From the NCBI RefSeq assembly GCF_030546645.1, contig NZ_JAUOTO010000003.1, positions 254,956 through 278,955 of the forward strand: 24,000 nt of DNA. Direction: 5' to 3'. The position numbers were made by a program, and so were the translations under genes. This document shows positions 1 to 9,147 of this stretch, in pieces (position 1 is the stretch's first letter; each line of letters starts with the position of its first letter). Source of the DNA: Flavitalea sp. BT771 (GTDB taxonomy: Bacteria; Bacteroidota; Bacteroidia; Chitinophagales; Chitinophagaceae). The notes under the pieces are model-generated. The model was not told the DNA's origin. It searched no databases and saw only the letters and a list, made by a program, of their open reading frames with translations.

Positions 1-1
1 A

Positions 2-919
2 TGGGAATTCAATGGCTCGTGGAATGATAAGATCGGGAATGTACGCTATAATGTGGGCGTTATCCTGAACTACAACAGCAATATCGTCACAGATCTGAAA
101 GGGCAGGACAACTATAATCTTGGTCTGACACAGGCCAGGCAAGGCTTCCCACTGAACTCCTATTTTGGGTTCAAGGGTTCTGTCATCAGGAACCAGGCTG
201 ATCTGACCAAATACGCTTTGCTGTATGGTGGTAAAGGCATCGTACCTTCCGCACAGCCGAATGGCTATGGCGGTCTGGGCATCGGCGATGTGATGTACCA
301 GGACATCGACGGCGACGGGCAGATCACCACCTATGGTGATAAATCGAAAGGACTCAGCGGTGATGCTGTGTATCTCGGTTCACAGATCCCCAAGTTCACC
401 TATAGCATGACAGGCGGACTGAAGTGGAAGGGTTTTGACTTCGGCTTTATCCTGCAGGGTACAGGCAACAAATATGTCTGGAGAGGCAATGGCAATTTCG
501 GCGTACCGTTCTCGCATTTCTGGTTCCAGCCGCTGGATTATTTCTACGGCAAGGAGTATACGGCAGAAAATCAGAGCGCCCGGTACCCAAGGCTGTCCAA
601 TAACGGAACGGTCAAGGGCAATAACTATCAGTTCTCTTCCTTGTGGCTGGAAAATACGCGCTACCTCCGGATGAAAAATATCACCGTCGGATATACATTC
701 AACGACCTCCGGATCAGCAACCTGAAGCTCCGTGGCGTCAGGGTCTACCTGAGTGGACAGGATCTGTTCGAATTCGCGAAAGGAACCTGGAACGGCATGT
801 ATGACCCCGAGGAGACGCGTGTGCCGAAAATAACGGACGATGCCACGAACACCGACTTTTACGAGAACAATTATCCCATGTATCGTACTTTTTCTTTTGG
901 TGTGAATGTTAACTTCTAA
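2..919 (+). CDS. TonB-dependent outer-membrane receptor, SusC/RagA type, C-terminal part (5' end upstream of window)
   Basis: Frame 2 is open from nt 2 (WEFNGSWNDKIGNVRYNVGVILNY...) to the TAA at 917-919. The tail ...YENNYPMYRTFSFGVNVNF ends in an aromatic residue, as TonB-dependent beta-barrels do. A SusD-type lipoprotein gene starts 8 nt downstream. Confidence 0.85.
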   Translation, partial: WEFNGSWNDKIGNVRYNVGVILNYNSNIVTDLKGQDNYNLGLTQARQGFPLNSYFGFKGSVIRNQADLTKYALLYGGKGIVPSAQPNGYGGLGIGDVMYQDIDGDGQITTYGDKSKGLSGDAVYLGSQIPKFTYSMTGGLKWKGFDFGFILQGTGNKYVWRGNGNFGVPFSHFWFQPLDYFYGKEYTAENQSARYPRLSNNGTVKGNNYQFSSLWLENTRYLRMKNITVGYTFNDLRISNLKLRGVRVYLSGQDLFEFAKGTWNGMYDPEETRVPKITDDATNTDFYENNYPMYRTFSFGVNVNF

Positions 920-927
920 ATCTGGTA

Positions 928-2619
928 GTGATGAAAATGATTAAAATAACAAGCATAATAATAGCAGTAGCCATCCTGGCTCCGGGTTGTAAAAAATTTC
1001 TCGATCTTCAACCGCAATCCGAGATCACGGACCCTACTTTCTGGCAGACGGCCAATGATTTCCGGCTGGCGGCCAACTGGTTCTATGAGAATACGCTGGA
1101 TGACCCCCATTATGACGGTACGAATAACAATGACAATATGTCGGACATTGCGATCGGTACCGAGATCAATACAGTGAGCTCAGGGACCTATGTGGCCCCG
1201 GAACAGGATGGCTACTGGGACGACAGCTATAAAGCGATCCGGAACGCGAACAAGCTGATCCAGGAAGGGGCGGGGTCGTCTATCGGCAACGATATCAAGC
1301 CGTTTTTGGGCGAAGGCTATTTCTATCGCGCCTACAATTATTTCAGGCTTTTCAGGATGTTCGGCGGTGTACCCATCATCAACGACGTATTGCAGCCGAC
1401 AGATGCCGCGGTTTATAGCGGGAGGGCTGCCCGTGAGGTGGTGCTGGATTCTATCCTCAACGATCTGAACAATGCCATCGCTAACCTGCCTGTGAAGAGC
1501 AGTGCGGAGAAAGGCCGTATCTGTAAAGAGGCGGCGCAGGCTTTCAAGGCCCGGGTATGCCTGTTCGAAGGTACATGGAGAAAGTTCCATGCGACGGGCA
1601 GTAGCGATGCCTTGCTGGATATGGCCATTACGGAGTCGAACAACGTCATTACGAGCCCGGCGTATTCATTGTATAAAGGTAAGGGGGATGCAAGCTACCG
1701 TTACCTGTTCATCGACCAGACGAGCCAGGACAATCCCGAGTCGATCATAGCAAAAAAATACCGTACCAATATCAATGTAAATGGATGGGCGTACGGTGTT
1801 TCCTGGGGCAACCTGAACCCTACGAAGGCGGCGGCTGACATGTATCTCTGCAATGATGGATTGCCGATCGACAAGTCTCCTCTGTTCAAAGGTTATGACT
1901 CCTGCAGGAGCGAGTTTCGCAACCGTGATCCCCGGATGACGCAGTCCCTGATCCTGCCTGCCATCAAGATCATCAGGCCGCAGTACGACGCGTACAGGCC
2001 TCAGTGGCCTGGGGTGGATAACAACCGCAATGTGAATTCCGGTTATATGCTGTACAAGTTCATCTCCGAGATGCCTACGCCCGGTGACGGCGGCGGCGCA
2101 TTTGACTGGAACGTGCTGCGATATGCGGAAGTGCTGCTGATCTATGCCGAGGCGCGATATGAACGGAATGGTTCTATTTCCGACGGTGATCTGGATGTTT
2201 CGATCAACGTACTGAGAGACCGGGTAAATATGCCGCATCTGACGAATGCCCTGGTCGCCGGCAATGGGCTCGATATGAGAAATGAGATCCGTCGGGAAAG
2301 GTCTGTCGAGCTTGCCTTCGAAGGGTTCCGTTGGGATGATCTCCGCCGATGGGCGACGGCGGAAACCTTGCTGCCGAAGTCCGTATTGAGCATCAAGGTC
2401 ACGGGCACGGAATGGGCGAAACAGGTCATTACCCTGGACGGGGCCAGCTATAACAGCTATTTTTACAATGCACCCGCCAGCCAGCTGGAGAACGGGTACA
2501 AGCTGCTGCAGCCGGGTGCGCAGAGAACATTCGATGTCAATAAGAACTATCTGCTGCCCATACCCACCAAGCAGGTGGCGCTCAATCCTGATAAACTTAA
2601 ACAAAACCCGGGCTGGTGA
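928..2619 (+). CDS. SusD/RagB-family nutrient-binding outer-membrane lipoprotein
   Basis: 563 aa with a lipoprotein signal (MMKMIKITSIIIAVAILAPGC). SusD-like blocks are present (YFYRAYNYFRLFRMFGGVPII, RYAEVLLIYAEARYE, RRERSVELAFEGFRWDDLRRW). It sits directly after the SusC-type gene. Confidence 0.9.
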   Translation: MMKMIKITSIIIAVAILAPGCKKFLDLQPQSEITDPTFWQTANDFRLAANWFYENTLDDPHYDGTNNNDNMSDIAIGTEINTVSSGTYVAPEQDGYWDDSYKAIRNANKLIQEGAGSSIGNDIKPFLGEGYFYRAYNYFRLFRMFGGVPIINDVLQPTDAAVYSGRAAREVVLDSILNDLNNAIANLPVKSSAEKGRICKEAAQAFKARVCLFEGTWRKFHATGSSDALLDMAITESNNVITSPAYSLYKGKGDASYRYLFIDQTSQDNPESIIAKKYRTNINVNGWAYGVSWGNLNPTKAAADMYLCNDGLPIDKSPLFKGYDSCRSEFRNRDPRMTQSLILPAIKIIRPQYDAYRPQWPGVDNNRNVNSGYMLYKFISEMPTPGDGGGAFDWNVLRYAEVLLIYAEARYERNGSISDGDLDVSINVLRDRVNMPHLTNALVAGNGLDMRNEIRRERSVELAFEGFRWDDLRRWATAETLLPKSVLSIKVTGTEWAKQVITLDGASYNSYFYNAPASQLENGYKLLQPGAQRTFDVNKNYLLPIPTKQVALNPDKLKQNPGW

Positions 2620-2621
2620 TT

Positions 2622-3956
2622 ATGAAAACTTCTTTTCTGACTTGCTGTTTTACCTTGTTTTTTTTCGCGGGATATCTTACCGCGCAGACGCGGGCTGGTG
2701 AAGGACTCCCGCTGATGGGAAATCGATTTTTAACCCTGAATACGGTGATCCGTGTAAACCAGATCGAAGTATCGCGAGACAGGAATGTCGGGGAAGATGA
2801 ACGTAACAACCATACGCCTCAACGGGTGATCAATTTCAGAAAAGCTATTGCCAAAGGGCTCCCGGGTGCGAAGATCACCTGGGCCCTTAGCTGGCTGGCC
2901 CTGCACGATACTTCTGCCAATTACACTCAGATCAGGAAGATTGTGGCGGGTTATCATTATCAATATGGCGACGAGGTTACTTTTATCCCTGGCGCCTATT
3001 TTGCCAACGCTTATAATTCCACGGAACAGGTGAACAAAGATCTGCATGAGGGTCTGGCCAGGGTGTCGGAGATGGTGGGTAACCATTATCGTCCCTTGAG
3101 CGTCCTTGCCGGGTTCCTGTCATCGAAGAATATGGAATACCTGGCAAAAGAGGAGGGGATACATGTCTGCCAGGCGAATATATGGAGTCAGTATTCCATC
3201 GACAACCAGGACGGCGATGGTTCCGTGTGCTATCCGTTCTATCCGTCAACGGAACATTTTTGCAAGCCAGCCCAGGGAAAGGAAGATTTCATAGATTGTG
3301 TGAACCTGGACGGATGGACAGTGGATTTCCTCGCCGGGAGACGTGCCGGTTTTGCGGAAGGATTCAATAGCCGGATGGGCGTTGGCCCCATCGAAACGTT
3401 GGGAAAATACGGGCTGCAGGTCGGCCTGGAGGAAATGATGCATTCCACTGCTATACACTTTGATAATGGATACAGGCTGAACGGCTTTGCCTGGGTCACT
3501 AATTGCTGGGAGCTGACTTTGCCTTACGACGTCAATGATATGACGCTGTGGTTGCAGGCGATCAAAAAACGCTGGCCCGGTGTTCGGTGCATCACGCAGG
3601 GAGAATTCGGACGGATCTGGCGCAGGCATTATAAGCAGAATAACTTCAATTATCGGTTTGACGAAGTCGGCTCCGGTATTGGGGGGTCGGACAAGGATAA
3701 GCGGCTGCGGTGGTATATGAATAAGGATTTCCGGCTGGCTGTTTTAAGTGGGGTAGATGGGGCGAATGAAAAGGTCATCGACTTTACCCGCTATGACCTG
3801 CCTGCCAAAGAGCCGGTGTCGGGCAGCACCCGGAACTGGAGCTTAATGGGTGAGATCAATCAAAAGGGCGTCCGGCCGCAGGACAAGCCTGTTCCAGTGA
3901 AGGAACTGCCGGCTGAAGGTCAGGCGCTCATCAGGAAACACAAGATCAATTTATGA
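2622..3956 (+). CDS. Exported protein of unassigned family, PUL paralog A (Sec-type signal peptide)
   Basis: The ORF track starts at GTG 2616, but ATG 2622 gives MKTSFLTCCFTLFFFAGYLTAQ, a Sec-like signal, 2 nt after the SusD stop. The long ORF is a clear paralog of the next gene. I recognise no motif that maps to a named enzyme family. Confidence 0.8.
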   Translation: MKTSFLTCCFTLFFFAGYLTAQTRAGEGLPLMGNRFLTLNTVIRVNQIEVSRDRNVGEDERNNHTPQRVINFRKAIAKGLPGAKITWALSWLALHDTSANYTQIRKIVAGYHYQYGDEVTFIPGAYFANAYNSTEQVNKDLHEGLARVSEMVGNHYRPLSVLAGFLSSKNMEYLAKEEGIHVCQANIWSQYSIDNQDGDGSVCYPFYPSTEHFCKPAQGKEDFIDCVNLDGWTVDFLAGRRAGFAEGFNSRMGVGPIETLGKYGLQVGLEEMMHSTAIHFDNGYRLNGFAWVTNCWELTLPYDVNDMTLWLQAIKKRWPGVRCITQGEFGRIWRRHYKQNNFNYRFDEVGSGIGGSDKDKRLRWYMNKDFRLAVLSGVDGANEKVIDFTRYDLPAKEPVSGSTRNWSLMGEINQKGVRPQDKPVPVKELPAEGQALIRKHKINL

Positions 3957-5374
3957 GACGACGTTCTTTTATAAAGAATACCGCATTGTCGGGCGCGGGA
4001 TTGTTAGCCGGCGACGGGTTGCTGAATGCAATGCCTGCAGCTTTTCTGACGCCGGGACCTGCACCGTTGTCCCTGATCGGGGGACGATTTGTTACATTAT
4101 GCATCATGATCCGGACCACACCCTGGGAGGTGTCGCGGGATGTGAAATTGCATCCGCGCGATGAGGCCAACTGGCATACATTGCAAGGCGTGCGCGCCAT
4201 GCGGGAGGCATTTGCTACAAACAATCCCGACGGACGGCTGACCTGGGGCTTTACTTTGAATGCGCTGGAAGACAAGCGGAAAAACTTCGCCGAAATAAGG
4301 GATTATGCGGCCGCCTGCCAGGCAAAATATGGAGACGAGGTGACAGTGTTCCCCGGTTATTTCCCCGCCATGTATCTTCCACGGGAAAGGATCAATAAAG
4401 AGCTGTCGGAAGCGATCCGGATCATTTCCGGGTTTGTCGGTAAAGGCTATCGTCCTCAATCCATCATTGGCGGATTCCTGCCCGCGGAGAGCCTGCAATA
4501 CCTGGCGGAGAAAGAAGATATTCATGTGGCGCAGGCTGTCATCTGGAGCCAGCATAACATCGATGGGGGAGGAGCGGACGGCTCGCCTTCCTATCCTTAT
4601 TATCCATCGACTGAGCATTTTTGCAAGCCCGGCCAGGGTAAAAAAGACCTCATAGATTGTGTAAATCTCGATGGCTGGACCCTGGATTTCATCTGTGCGC
4701 GACAAAGCGGCTCCAACGAGCACGAGATCACGGGATATAACAGCCGGCGTGGCGTAGGGCCCATCGAAACGTATAAAGGATGGGGCCTTGAACTGGGTAA
4801 TATGGAAGTGATGCATACCCAGTCGATCCATTTTGACAAGGGATTCGAGCTGAATAAATTCGGTTGGGTCACCAATATATGGGAAGCGCAGCTGGTGTAT
4901 GAGTTTGGGATGGATTTTATCTGCAACGCGCTGAGGATGTGGGTCACGGACACGATGAAACGATGGCCCGATACCCATTTCGTTAGCTTTGGCGAGTTCG
5001 GGAATATCTGGCGCGCGCATTATAAGACCAATGACGAGTGGAATTACCGGTTTGTGGAAAGGGGATGCGGGCTGGGCGATTCGTACAACAATCTGGAGAT
5101 AAGGTGGTTCCAGAACAAGGAGTTCAGACTTGCCCTATTGCGTGATTGGCATAAGGATACGCCTGAGAAGGTGATAGATTTTACGAGGTACGATCTCTCT
5201 GCGCATGAGCCGGCGGGAGCGAGCCCCCAAAAGCCGATCAAGGACTGGAGCTTGATCAATCGGATCAATCAAAAAGGATTACGGCCGCAGGACAAGCCCG
5301 TTCTGCTACGGGAATTGCAGGATGATGAGCGACAGCTGATATTCAAATATTATCCTGAGCTGAATAAATCCTGA
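3953..5374 (+). CDS. Exported protein of unassigned family, PUL paralog B (twin-arginine signal)
   Basis: 473 aa. Its start overlaps the paralog A stop (ATGA at 3953-3956). The N-terminus MRRRSFIKNTALSGAGLLAG matches the Tat consensus (RR.F.K). It shares long motif blocks with paralog A, for example YP.YPSTEHFCKP.QGK.D.IDCVNLDGWT.DF and EKVIDFTRYDL. Confidence 0.8.
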   Translation: MRRRSFIKNTALSGAGLLAGDGLLNAMPAAFLTPGPAPLSLIGGRFVTLCIMIRTTPWEVSRDVKLHPRDEANWHTLQGVRAMREAFATNNPDGRLTWGFTLNALEDKRKNFAEIRDYAAACQAKYGDEVTVFPGYFPAMYLPRERINKELSEAIRIISGFVGKGYRPQSIIGGFLPAESLQYLAEKEDIHVAQAVIWSQHNIDGGGADGSPSYPYYPSTEHFCKPGQGKKDLIDCVNLDGWTLDFICARQSGSNEHEITGYNSRRGVGPIETYKGWGLELGNMEVMHTQSIHFDKGFELNKFGWVTNIWEAQLVYEFGMDFICNALRMWVTDTMKRWPDTHFVSFGEFGNIWRAHYKTNDEWNYRFVERGCGLGDSYNNLEIRWFQNKEFRLALLRDWHKDTPEKVIDFTRYDLSAHEPAGASPQKPIKDWSLINRINQKGLRPQDKPVLLRELQDDERQLIFKYYPELNKS

Positions 5375-5413
5375 TTATTTCAGTAAGTTTAGGCTCCTTT
5401 TCAATTGGTAATC

Positions 5414-7228
5414 ATGAATGAACGTCAACGTAAAACGGTACTATCCCTACTATTCCTCACGATCAATTGTTCTTGTTTGCTGGCCCAGGAGGCTGTCCTT
5501 CCTACCCCGTGGACGAAATCGGCGCTGGCTGCCAACGTCCCTTTACCCGAATATCCAAGGCCTCAGTTACAACGCAGCGACTGGATGTGCCTGAATGGCA
5601 AATGGGATTATCAGGGAGGAAAAGAAGTTGCGGGCGCGCTCGATCCGGTAAATCCGATTGCTTTTAAAAGCGGCGCTGAACAAATACTTGTTCCATATTG
5701 TCCGGAATCAGTGTTATCCGGCATCCGCCGTACACAGGAGATCAATATGTGGTACCGCCGACGTTTTATAATCCCTGCCGGCTGGAAAAACAAGCAGGTC
5801 ATTATTCACTTTGAAGCCGTGGCTCATCACGCCACTTTATTTGTGAACGGACATAAAGCAGGTGCCCATGCCGGGAGCTATGATGCATTCAGCTTTGACA
5901 TCACCCAGTACTTAATAAATGGGGAGAATACATTGGTAGTGGCAGCTCGAGATCTGAACGATGGCCGCGTACCTTCAGGAAAGAGCGGCCCCCGGGGTGA
6001 CTATACCTATTGTTCCGGCATATGGCAAACTGTGTGGCTGGAGCCTGTTAACAAAAATCATATCGAGAATATCCGTTTGCTGCCTGATCTGGCAAACAGC
6101 CGATTGAGAATACTGGTAACATCGCCGGGGCCAGGAAAGGTCAATGCGAATGCTTTTGATGGAGACAAGGTAGTTTCGGGAGCGGAATCATCCAGCGGCA
6201 CTTACTTTTACCTCCCCATTAAAACGCCGAAACCCTGGTCGCCGGATGATCCCTTTTTATATGATCTGACGATCAGATTGCAAGATGCCAATGGAAGTGT
6301 CACCGATGAAGTAAAAAGCTATTTCGGCATGCGCGATATTAAATTAGGCAGGGTTAACGGAGTTACCAGGCCTTTGATCAATGGCAAATTCATCCTGCAG
6401 CTTGGTCTGCTAGACCAGGGTTATTGGCCGGACGGGATCCTGACGGCCCCGACAGAGGAGGCGCTGAAATTTGATCTGCAATTTACCAAGAACGCCGGGT
6501 ACAATCTCATCAGGAAGCATATGAAAACAGAGCCTCAGCGGTTTTATTATTGGGCTGATAAATTGGGATTATTAGTTTGGCAGGATATGCCGGCCATATG
6601 GTATCAGGATGAGGATACCGCCAGAACAAGGACGGAATACAGGAAAGAGCTAAAAGAACTGATCGACGGACATTATAACGCGCCATCCATTATCACCTGG
6701 GTGCCTTTTAATGAAAATTGGGGTGCTTTTGATGTTAAAAATATCACAGACTGGGTCAAGCAATACGATCCGTCGAGACTTGTTAACGGCAATTCAGGGT
6801 TTAATAACAATCCTCCCTACCAAAAAGCATACGGTGACCCTGGAAACGGGGACTATGTGGACACACATATTTATGTGGGACCGGTTGGTGCTTCCGTGCC
6901 GGAAGAGCGCCGTGCGGCATCATTAGGCGAATTTGGCGGCGTGGGCCTGTTTGTGCGGGATCATATGTGGCCCATAGAAAACAACGCCTATGACTATGAG
7001 CCAACCAAAGCAAGGCTAACAGACAGGTACGTTTTTTTACTGGACCAGGTGGAACAGCTGATGAGATACAAGGGGCTGAGCGTGGCCATTTATACCCAAA
7101 CAACCGACGTGGAGCATGAAATAAATGGAGTGCTCACCTATGACAGAGTTATTGAAAAAATGGAAATGGAAAGGGTTAGAGCTGTCAATGAAGCCGTCAT
7201 TAAGGCAAGTTATAACCTGATGCCTTAA
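5414..7228 (+). CDS. Glycoside hydrolase family 2 enzyme (about 600 aa, secreted)
   Basis: The likely start is ATG 5414 (MNERQRKTVLSLLFLTINCSCLLAQ, a signal peptide); the track ORF starts at TTG 5405. It has the GH2-type N-terminal block LPEYPRPQLQRSDWMCLNGKWDY and the TIM-barrel acid/base region NAPSIITWVPFNENWG. Confidence 0.8.
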   Translation: MNERQRKTVLSLLFLTINCSCLLAQEAVLPTPWTKSALAANVPLPEYPRPQLQRSDWMCLNGKWDYQGGKEVAGALDPVNPIAFKSGAEQILVPYCPESVLSGIRRTQEINMWYRRRFIIPAGWKNKQVIIHFEAVAHHATLFVNGHKAGAHAGSYDAFSFDITQYLINGENTLVVAARDLNDGRVPSGKSGPRGDYTYCSGIWQTVWLEPVNKNHIENIRLLPDLANSRLRILVTSPGPGKVNANAFDGDKVVSGAESSSGTYFYLPIKTPKPWSPDDPFLYDLTIRLQDANGSVTDEVKSYFGMRDIKLGRVNGVTRPLINGKFILQLGLLDQGYWPDGILTAPTEEALKFDLQFTKNAGYNLIRKHMKTEPQRFYYWADKLGLLVWQDMPAIWYQDEDTARTRTEYRKELKELIDGHYNAPSIITWVPFNENWGAFDVKNITDWVKQYDPSRLVNGNSGFNNNPPYQKAYGDPGNGDYVDTHIYVGPVGASVPEERRAASLGEFGGVGLFVRDHMWPIENNAYDYEPTKARLTDRYVFLLDQVEQLMRYKGLSVAIYTQTTDVEHEINGVLTYDRVIEKMEMERVRAVNEAVIKASYNLMP

Positions 7229-7236
7229 TTGCGATA

Positions 7237-9111
7237 TTATTGAATATATTCCTTTTTTATTCCAAGTTTTTTCATTTTTGATTTCAAAGTTGAAGGATTG
7301 ATATTCAGTATTTCGGCAGCGGCGCCCGGCCCCCATATTCTTCCATTACATTTCTTCAATACCGAGATGATATGATCCCTCTCATTTTCTGCGATAGATT
7401 TCATGGAAGTGCCTTCAAGGACAGAAACTCCATCTTTTTTTTCAACTGTTGGCAGCAGTATTTCTTCGATAACCATCCCTTTGGTAAGCAACACACTTCT
7501 TTCAATTAAATGTTCGAGTTCACGAATGTTGCCGGGCCAGTTGTAAGCCATCATTTTCGTGAGAACACTTTCTGATATTCCACTAATCTTCTTTCCGGCT
7601 TTATGGTTGTAGTGATCCATAAAATGATAGGCCAGGGCAGGAATATCCTCCTTGCGGTCACGTAAGGCTGGCAGGGTTATCGGAAAAACATTCAAACGGT
7701 AGTACAGGTCCAGCCGAAAACGTCCGTCAGCAACTTCTTTTTCCAGGTTTTTATTAGTAGCCGCGATGATGCGGACATCAAGTTTTATGGTATTTCTTCC
7801 ACCTATTCTTTCTATTTCTTTCTCCTGTAGCACCCTTAATAATTTCACTTGCAATTCAACTGGCATTTCTCCAACCTCATCCAAAAAGAGTGTTCCCGTG
7901 TCGGCTCTTTCAAATTTGCCAATTCTTTTATCCTGCGCTCCGGTGAAAGCGCCCTTTTCGTGGCCGAATAGTTCGGATTCAATCAATGTAGCAGGCAATG
8001 CTGCACAGTTCACTTTAATAAATGGTTTTCCTTTTCGGGATGACAGGTTATGTATGCAGTCAGCGATCTTTTCTTTGCCGGTGCCACTTTCTCCCAGTAT
8101 AAGAACAGAAGTGTCTGAAGACGCCACCTGGGAGATATGATCAAATACATTTAACAAAAGATGGCTCTTACCAATGATCCCTTCAAATCCCTCTTCGGCA
8201 GTTGCGTGTTCAGCTGGTTTAGTTTCAGGATGGGAAGATCTGTTATTTGCACTCATTTCTCCCTGCAATATACTATCCATGCTGCGAATCAATGAAAATT
8301 GCAGTCGTTCGAATAAGTCAACTTGTTCTGCAGTATACGCTTCCGGCCTTCTGCTATATAAACCGAAACTAAAAGATCTGTCATTCAAAATGCTCGTTGG
8401 TATTTTAAAATATGATTTTAGCTGGAAAGTGTTGGTGAATAATGCTATTAAAGAGGGGGATTGCAGCGCAGTAAGCTCTTCTATTGACTTTCCTGTAATG
8501 ATGGAGAGCTCATGCAGTCCGATCATTTGATATTCATCAAACCCGGTTCTCAAAAGACTTATGCCTTTAAAAAATCCAGGCCCTAAGTTGTCAAGCCCGG
8601 TGTCGAGGAAATCGAATGGAATCAATGTCTGAAGGGCTGAAGCTATTCTTAATAATTTTTGCGCCTGTGTTCCGGTGTCGCTTGTGATGTTTTTTAAGAG
8701 TTCATGAAAGTCAGCTTCTCTGCGGTACCTGCTTTCGACGCTATGTGCGTGTCGATATTTGGCAATTTCAAGTGCCACGAGCAAATCCTTCTCCCTGAAA
8801 GGTTTTACAAGAAAACCATAGGGTTGTGTTTGCTTTGCAGCATTCAAAACATCTTCATTTGAATTGGCTGACAGGTACACGAACGGAATATTATCAGCAA
8901 CCAGCAGCCTTGCCAGGTCAATTCCCGTTTGTTTCCCCTTTAAGAAAATATCTACAAGAACAAAATCCGGCCTTTCGTTCTTTATCATGTCCTGGGCCTG
9001 GGGAACCGACCGTGCAATACCTGTGATACTGTATCCCGCCTGCTCAAGCAGCAGTCGCAAATAATCTGCTTCAACATACTGGTCCTCTACTATGAGAATT
9101 TGTTCTTTCAT
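7237..9111 (-). CDS. Sigma54-dependent response regulator (REC, GAF-like middle domain, AAA+ sigma54-interaction domain, Fis-type HTH)
   Basis: The REC N-terminus (ILIVEDQYVEA...PDFVLVDIFL) is followed by Walker A GESGTGKE, the sigma54-contact motif ESELFGHEKGAFTGA, Walker B TLFLDEVGE and a C-terminal HTH (AAEILNINPSTLKSKMKKLGI). The roughly 180-aa middle region is called GAF-like by inference only. Confidence 0.9.
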   Translation of the reverse strand: MKEQILIVEDQYVEADYLRLLLEQAGYSITGIARSVPQAQDMIKNERPDFVLVDIFLKGKQTGIDLARLLVADNIPFVYLSANSNEDVLNAAKQTQPYGFLVKPFREKDLLVALEIAKYRHAHSVESRYRREADFHELLKNITSDTGTQAQKLLRIASALQTLIPFDFLDTGLDNLGPGFFKGISLLRTGFDEYQMIGLHELSIITGKSIEELTALQSPSLIALFTNTFQLKSYFKIPTSILNDRSFSFGLYSRRPEAYTAEQVDLFERLQFSLIRSMDSILQGEMSANNRSSHPETKPAEHATAEEGFEGIIGKSHLLLNVFDHISQVASSDTSVLILGESGTGKEKIADCIHNLSSRKGKPFIKVNCAALPATLIESELFGHEKGAFTGAQDKRIGKFERADTGTLFLDEVGEMPVELQVKLLRVLQEKEIERIGGRNTIKLDVRIIAATNKNLEKEVADGRFRLDLYYRLNVFPITLPALRDRKEDIPALAYHFMDHYNHKAGKKISGISESVLTKMMAYNWPGNIRELEHLIERSVLLTKGMVIEEILLPTVEKKDGVSVLEGTSMKSIAENERDHIISVLKKCNGRIWGPGAAAEILNINPSTLKSKMKKLGIKKEYIQ

Positions 9112-9147
9112 AATGTGTTGTTTGGTTGCGATGTGGTTAAGGCCTTG

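Noticed and set aside
1666-2604. 312-aa ORF on the minus strand inside the SusD gene
   Set aside because: It is fully antisense to a gene with strong family motifs. Its product is Arg/Pro/Gly-rich, low-complexity and typical of shadow ORFs in GC-rich coding DNA, with no recognisable domain.
4097-5020. 307-aa minus-strand ORF inside PUL paralog B (with smaller ones at 3246-3629 and 4600-4953)
   Set aside because: These are antisense shadows of well-supported plus-strand genes. The plus-strand reading is supported by paralog conservation; the antisense products have no motifs.
7229-7236. Possible shared terminator between the convergent GH2 and regulator genes
   Set aside because: Only 8 nt separate the two stop codons, and I could find no hairpin spanning the gene ends. 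The junction is reported only as part of the low-GC module observation.
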